A DNA stretch of 64,000 nucleotides from Squalus acanthias (taxonomy: Eukaryota): assembly GCA_030390025.1 (NCBI GenBank), contig CM059432.1, positions 53,322,001 through 53,386,000 on the forward strand, read 5' to 3'. Below the pieces are notes generated by a model that made no database searches, was not told the DNA's origin, and worked only from the letters and a program-made list of their open reading frames with translations. Positions 59,220 to 64,000 of the stretch are shown here, one piece after another; position 1 is the stretch's first letter; each line of letters starts with the position of its first letter. The translations under genes were made by a program, and so were the position numbers.

Positions 59220-60549
59220 ATGGTTTTATGAAAGGGAAATCGTATTTATCAAATTTATTAGAGTTTTTTGAGGATTTAACTAGCAGGGTAGATAAAGGAG
59301 AACCAATGGATGTAGTATATTTGGATTTCCAAAGGGCATTTGATAAGTTGCCACGTAAAAGGTTGCTATGCAAGATAAGGGCTCATGGAGGATTGGCTAA
59401 TGGACAGAAAACAGAGAGTAAGGATAAATGAGTTATTTTCCGGTTGGCAGTCTGTAACTAGTGGGGTGCTACAAGGATCAGTGCTTGAGCCTCAGCTATT
59501 TACAATCTATATTAATGACTTAGATGAAGGGACCGAGTGCAATGTATCTAAGTTTGCTGATGATACAAAGCTAGGTGGGAAAGTAAGCTGTGAGGAGGAT
59601 GCAAAGAGCCTGCAAAGGGATGGAGACAGGTTAAGTGAGTGGGCAATAAGGTGGCAGATGGAGTATAATGTAGGGAAATGTGAGGTTATTCACTTTGGTA
59701 GGAAGAATAGAAAAATAGAATATTTTTTAAATGGTGAGAAACTGTTAAATGTTGGTGTTCAGAGAGATTTAGGTGTCCTCGTACAGGAAACACAGAAAAT
59801 TAGGTACAGCAAGCAATTAGGAAGGCAAATGGCATGTTGGCCTTTATTGCAAGGGGGTTTGGAGTACAAGAGTAAGGAAGTCTTACTACAATTGTACAGG
59901 GCTTTGGTGAGACCACACCTGGAGTACTGTGCACAGTTTTGGTCTCCTTATCTGTGAAAGGACATACATGCCTTAGAGGTGGTGCAACGAAGGTTCACTA
60001 GATTGATCCCTGAAATAAGAGGGCTATCTTATGAGGAGAGATTGAGTAGATTGGGCCTATACTCTCTGGAATTTAGAAGAATGAGAGGTGATCTCATTGA
60101 AACATACAAGAGTCTGAGGGGGATTGATAGGGTAGATACTGAGTGGTTGTTTCCCCTGGCTAGAGAGTCTGGAACTAAGGGGCATTGCCTCAGGATAAGG
60201 GGTCGGCCACTTAAGACTGAGATGAGGAGGAATTTCTTCACTTGGAGGTTTGTGAATCTTTGGAATTCACTACCGAAAAGGGCTGTGGATGGTCAGTCAT
60301 TGAGTATATTCAAGGCTGAGATTTTCGGACTCATGGGGAATCAAGGGATATGGGGATCGGGTGTGAAAGTGGAGTTGAGGTCGAAGATCAGCCACAATCT
60401 TATTGAATGGCGGAGCTCCAATTTCTTATGTTCTCATATTCTTACGTAGACAAAGGTCGTAAAATCGTACCTGGACCTTGTAAATTCAATTCCTTCCGTG
60501 CCTAGTTTTACAAGGTACAATATAGAGCATTCTATGGAGACCACTTTAC

Positions 60550-60702
60550 CAGCATGCACAAGCCGCATAAACCTATTTAAATGATCATTTCCAGGTCTTC
60601 CAGTAAATTTTATGATTTCGAGTGAAGCTCCAGTCTTAGCTGAGCCTTGCTCATAAATAGCAGTCATATGGGTGTCCTGGGACAGCCATCTACCGAAGCA
60701 GG
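60550..60702 (-). CDS. Candidate host-gene exon A (153 nt, phase 1 to 1; alternative donor at 60471)
   Basis: TTTTTGTCACAG acceptor and TG|GTAAAG donor; the only open frame reads CFGRWLSQDTHMTAIYEQGSAKTGASLEIIKFTGRPGNDHLNRFMRLVHA. Confidence 0.4.
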
Positions 60703-60839
60703 CTGTGACAAAAATGAATATTTGTCTAGTTCATTTTGTTTCTGTATAACTTCAAAGGCTTTGGAATTGCATTTCTGTGGGAAGTCTGCTTTATCAGAAG
60801 GAGTCTATTTCAGCTTTGAAGCCTGATGTGTTATAAGTT

Positions 60840-61101
60840 GTTTACACAGCGCGTGGCTTTATTTATGCAGCGAGTGGTTAGGATCTGGAATGCACTGCCT
60901 GAAAGGGTGGGGGAGGCAGATTCAATCGTGGCTTTCAAAATGGAGTTGGATAACCACCTGAAGGAAAAGAATTTGCAGGGCTACAGGGAAAGGGTGGGAG
61001 AGTGGGACTAGCTGAAGTGCTCTTGCAGAGAGCCGGCACGGGCTCGACAGGCCAAATGGCCTCCTTCTGTGCTGTGACCATTTTATGATTCTCTGATTCT
61101 A
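60840..61101 (+). mobile_element. CR1 3' fragment
   Basis: QRVVRIWNALPERV; inverted match to 35375-35620. Confidence 0.9.
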
Positions 61102-61283
61102 AGTTTGTGCCAGGCAGCAGGGAAGCTCGGTCAGATTGAAACTATAGCGAGTTAACTACTGTTAGGCGTAAAAGTGTCATCTTTATTATTTTAAGCATAG
61201 AGGAGAATAATGAAGTGTATGATTCACTGTTTCACATTGTACATTTTAAACAAAATATTTAAATAAAATCATATCTTGGTTCA

Positions 61284-64000
61284 GACCCTGGATTTTCCCC
61301 CAAATTACCACCCGATTTGGGACAGTAAACAGAGTGAAATGGATTCTGAAAGGCTACTGCCACAAATCTATAGGAAAAAGTTTGCACCTGAATTATCCTT
61401 CCAAAAAAATGTCAGTCCACTTTAAGGCCCACCGAGAGCTCATCCACCTTATGTAATTGAGGTCATGGAGACTTGGCTAACCTCTCTGACCCATTTCCCC
61501 CAACATCCATCCCAAACCTGCCCCAAATAATTATCACCACTATATCAGTGGCAGTAGTGCTTCAGAAAGGTATCCCTAATGCAGATGTCATATTGACAAG
61601 GCCACTTTGCATGCTGTTACTGAAGTTTGATGTGACTTTGCCTGCATATTAATTTCTTTAGTACTTTTGAGGTTCAGTCAGGATTTTTACTGGTAGTTTC
61701 ACTCACCTCTGCTCAAATTACTGCTTTGCAGTGGGGTTATTGACTTCCCAATGGGAATACCTCTATTGTTGTGCTATAAAGAGGAGGAGGAGGCTGAAGA
61801 TGGAAAGAGGCTAGATTGGAGCCTCTTGGGTTCAAGCTTCACAGCAGGTGTCTCTTCCCTATATACTCATACTCACTCACCAGGATAATCAGACTAAGAA
61901 AGTCTTACTTGGTCTTACACTCACTGACTAACTGTCAGTGCATCAGAAGGCTGTGTTTCACCCTGGAAGTTCCTGGGAAAGGTCTACACCCCACTTCCAC
62001 CAGAATAACAGCAACGTCTATGCTAGTTAAGGTCTCCGCTGCCTTGAATTTCTTTGCATCTGGATCTTTCCAGGCAGCAATAGGTGATCTGTGTTGTTTT
62101 AGTCAGGCAGCTGCTTACCATTGCATTAAGAAAATCCACTGATGCTCTATCCAGGAGGGTTGAAAATTTGTATCCTTCCCAATGGAAGTAGACAAGGAGA
62201 GAGAGTTATCTAGTACTACAGACTGGCAGATTCCTAGAGCTGTAAAGAACAATTGAATGGTGAGACCCAAAGCTCCATTTGACAATCCTCTCAATTTTAT
62301 GGATAGGAAAGCATTTCATTCTATTAATATGCAGCAAGTGTGTGATTCCAATTCCCTTATCCTGCACACCAATTGCAGATACCCAGGAAGCTGCCATGAT
62401 GCTTCATCATGCGACAATCCAACATGGCAGATCTCATAACCCAGAGCCATGTATCTGGATGGATGACTGATGATCAAGGCTATCCCCTGCAGTCATGGCT
62501 GGTGACACAACTACAATAACAACAACAACTTGTATTTATATAGCACCTTTAACGCAGTAAAACATCCCAAGGCGCTTCACAGGTGTGTTAGAAGATAAAA
62601 ATTTGACACCGATCCACATAAGGATAAATTAGGGCAGGTGACCAAAAGCTTGGTCAAAGAGGTAGGTTTTAAGGAGCGTCTTAAAGGAGGAAAGAGGGGT
62701 AGAGAAGCGGAGAGGTTTAGGGAGGGAGTTCCAGAGCTTAGGACCTAGGCAGTTGAAGGCATGGCCACCAATGGTTGAGCAATTATAATCAGGGATGCTC
62801 AAGAGGGCAGAATTAGAGGAGCGCAGATATCTCGGGGGGTTGTGGGGCTGAAGGAGATTACAGAGATAGGGAGGCGCGAGGCCATGGAGGGATTTGAAAA
62901 CAAGGTTGAGAATTTTGAAATCGAGGCATTGCTTAACTGGGAGCCAATGTAGGTCAGTGAGCACAGGGGTGATGGGTGAATGGGACTTGGTGCGAGTTAG
63001 GACACGGGCAGCCAAGTTTATGTAGGGTAGAATGTGGGAGGCCAGCCAGGAGTGTGTTGGAATAGTCAAGTCTAGAGGTAACAAAGGCATGGATGAGTGT
63101 TTCAGCAGCAGATGAGCTGAGGCAAGGGCGGAGACGGGCGATGTTACGGAGGTGGAAATAGACAGTTTTAATTATGCTGCGGATATGTGGTCGGAAGCTC
63201 ATTTCAGGGTCAAATATGATACCAAGGTTGCGAATAGTCTGGTTCAGCCTCAGACAGATGCTAGGCAGAGGGATGGAGTCGATGGCTAGGGAACTGAGTT
63301 TGTGGCAGGAACCGAAAACAATGGCTTCGGTCTTCCCAATAGTTAATTGGAGAAAATTTCTGCTCATCCAGTACTGGATGTCGGACAAGCAGTCTGACAA
63401 TTTAGAGAAAAGTGGTGGTGAAGTAGAGCTGGGTGTCGTCAGCGTACATATGGAAAATGATGCCGTGTTTTCGGATGATGTCGCCAAGGGGCAGCATATA
63501 GATGAGAAATAAGAAGGGGCCAAGGATAGATCCTTGGGGTCCCCAGAGATAACAATGCGGGAGTGGGAAGAGAAGCCATTGCAGGTAATTTTCTGGCTAC
63601 AATTAGATATATAATAATGGAACTAAGCGATGGAATGGAATGGACTCCAAATAGAGGGAAACAACAGTGTGGGCCCATACCATTACATGAAGTGCCATAG
63701 AACAGACTATAGGTATTCTCAAGTCTTATTCCAGTGGCCTGGATAAATCTGTTGGAGCCCTGCAATATAGTCTAGCAAGAGGCTCAAGGATTATTGTAGC
63801 TTGTTACATTCTACATAATAATACAATGAAGAAAGGCTTGCTGCTTCTTGATGCTGAAGGCAATGATGATGAAGATTGGATGGAAAAAACACCTTCGCCA
63901 CAGCATGAGGATGGTGCACTGAAAGGAGTGGACATAGGAGAGCACCAACTGCAGCAAGAGAAAGGAGGGTGCAGCTAATAGCCCAGTGCTTTCAATGAAT
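61284..64000 (+). mobile_element. Old Harbinger element with transposase remnants (about 61750-62515 and 63660-63990), interrupted by L2
   Basis: VKVSAALNFFASGSFQ, RKAFHSINMQQVCD, RYPGSCHDA, DQGYPLQSWL; after the L2, IEQTIGILK and LHN. Confidence 0.8.
62517..63630 (-). mobile_element. L2 LINE 3' portion
   Basis: Colinear with 55881-57040; LIHAFVTSRLDYSN. Confidence 0.93.

Larger units (their letters stand above)
53390..60445 (+). mobile_element. Near full-length CR1 LINE with four nested insertions
   Basis: ORF1 from 53626, APE endonuclease remnants from about 55395, RT motifs LDFQRAFDK and KFADDTKL, TTCTTATG tail; 5' boundary approximate. Confidence 0.92.

Overview
This is repeat-dense vertebrate genomic DNA, very probably from a cartilaginous fish (shark-like), judged from SINEs resembling HE1/V-SINE and SacSINE1/Deu-SINE and from the CR1/L2 families present. 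Most of the window is transposon-derived. It holds about nine decayed PIF/Harbinger remnants (DDE transposase plus a spliced Myb/SANT partner gene), several Harbinger-type and hAT-type MITEs, and CR1, CR1-like and L2 LINEs that are often nested. It also holds three SINE families, a 545-bp miniature LTR retroelement, and a very young Penelope-like element with a 700-bp inverted repeat. Three complete minimal hammerhead ribozyme motifs and one truncated motif are readable in Penelope-type sequence. Four phase-compatible candidate exons of an unidentified minus-strand host gene lie in the unique DNA (low to moderate confidence). There are no prokaryotic features, rRNA genes, true tRNA genes or CRISPR arrays. 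I do not see a clearly new biological system. The best leads are the ribozyme-bearing Penelope structures, a MITE family built of covarying hairpins, the miniature LTR element and the candidate gene. Family names are from memory, not database searches, and boundaries without a TSD are approximate.
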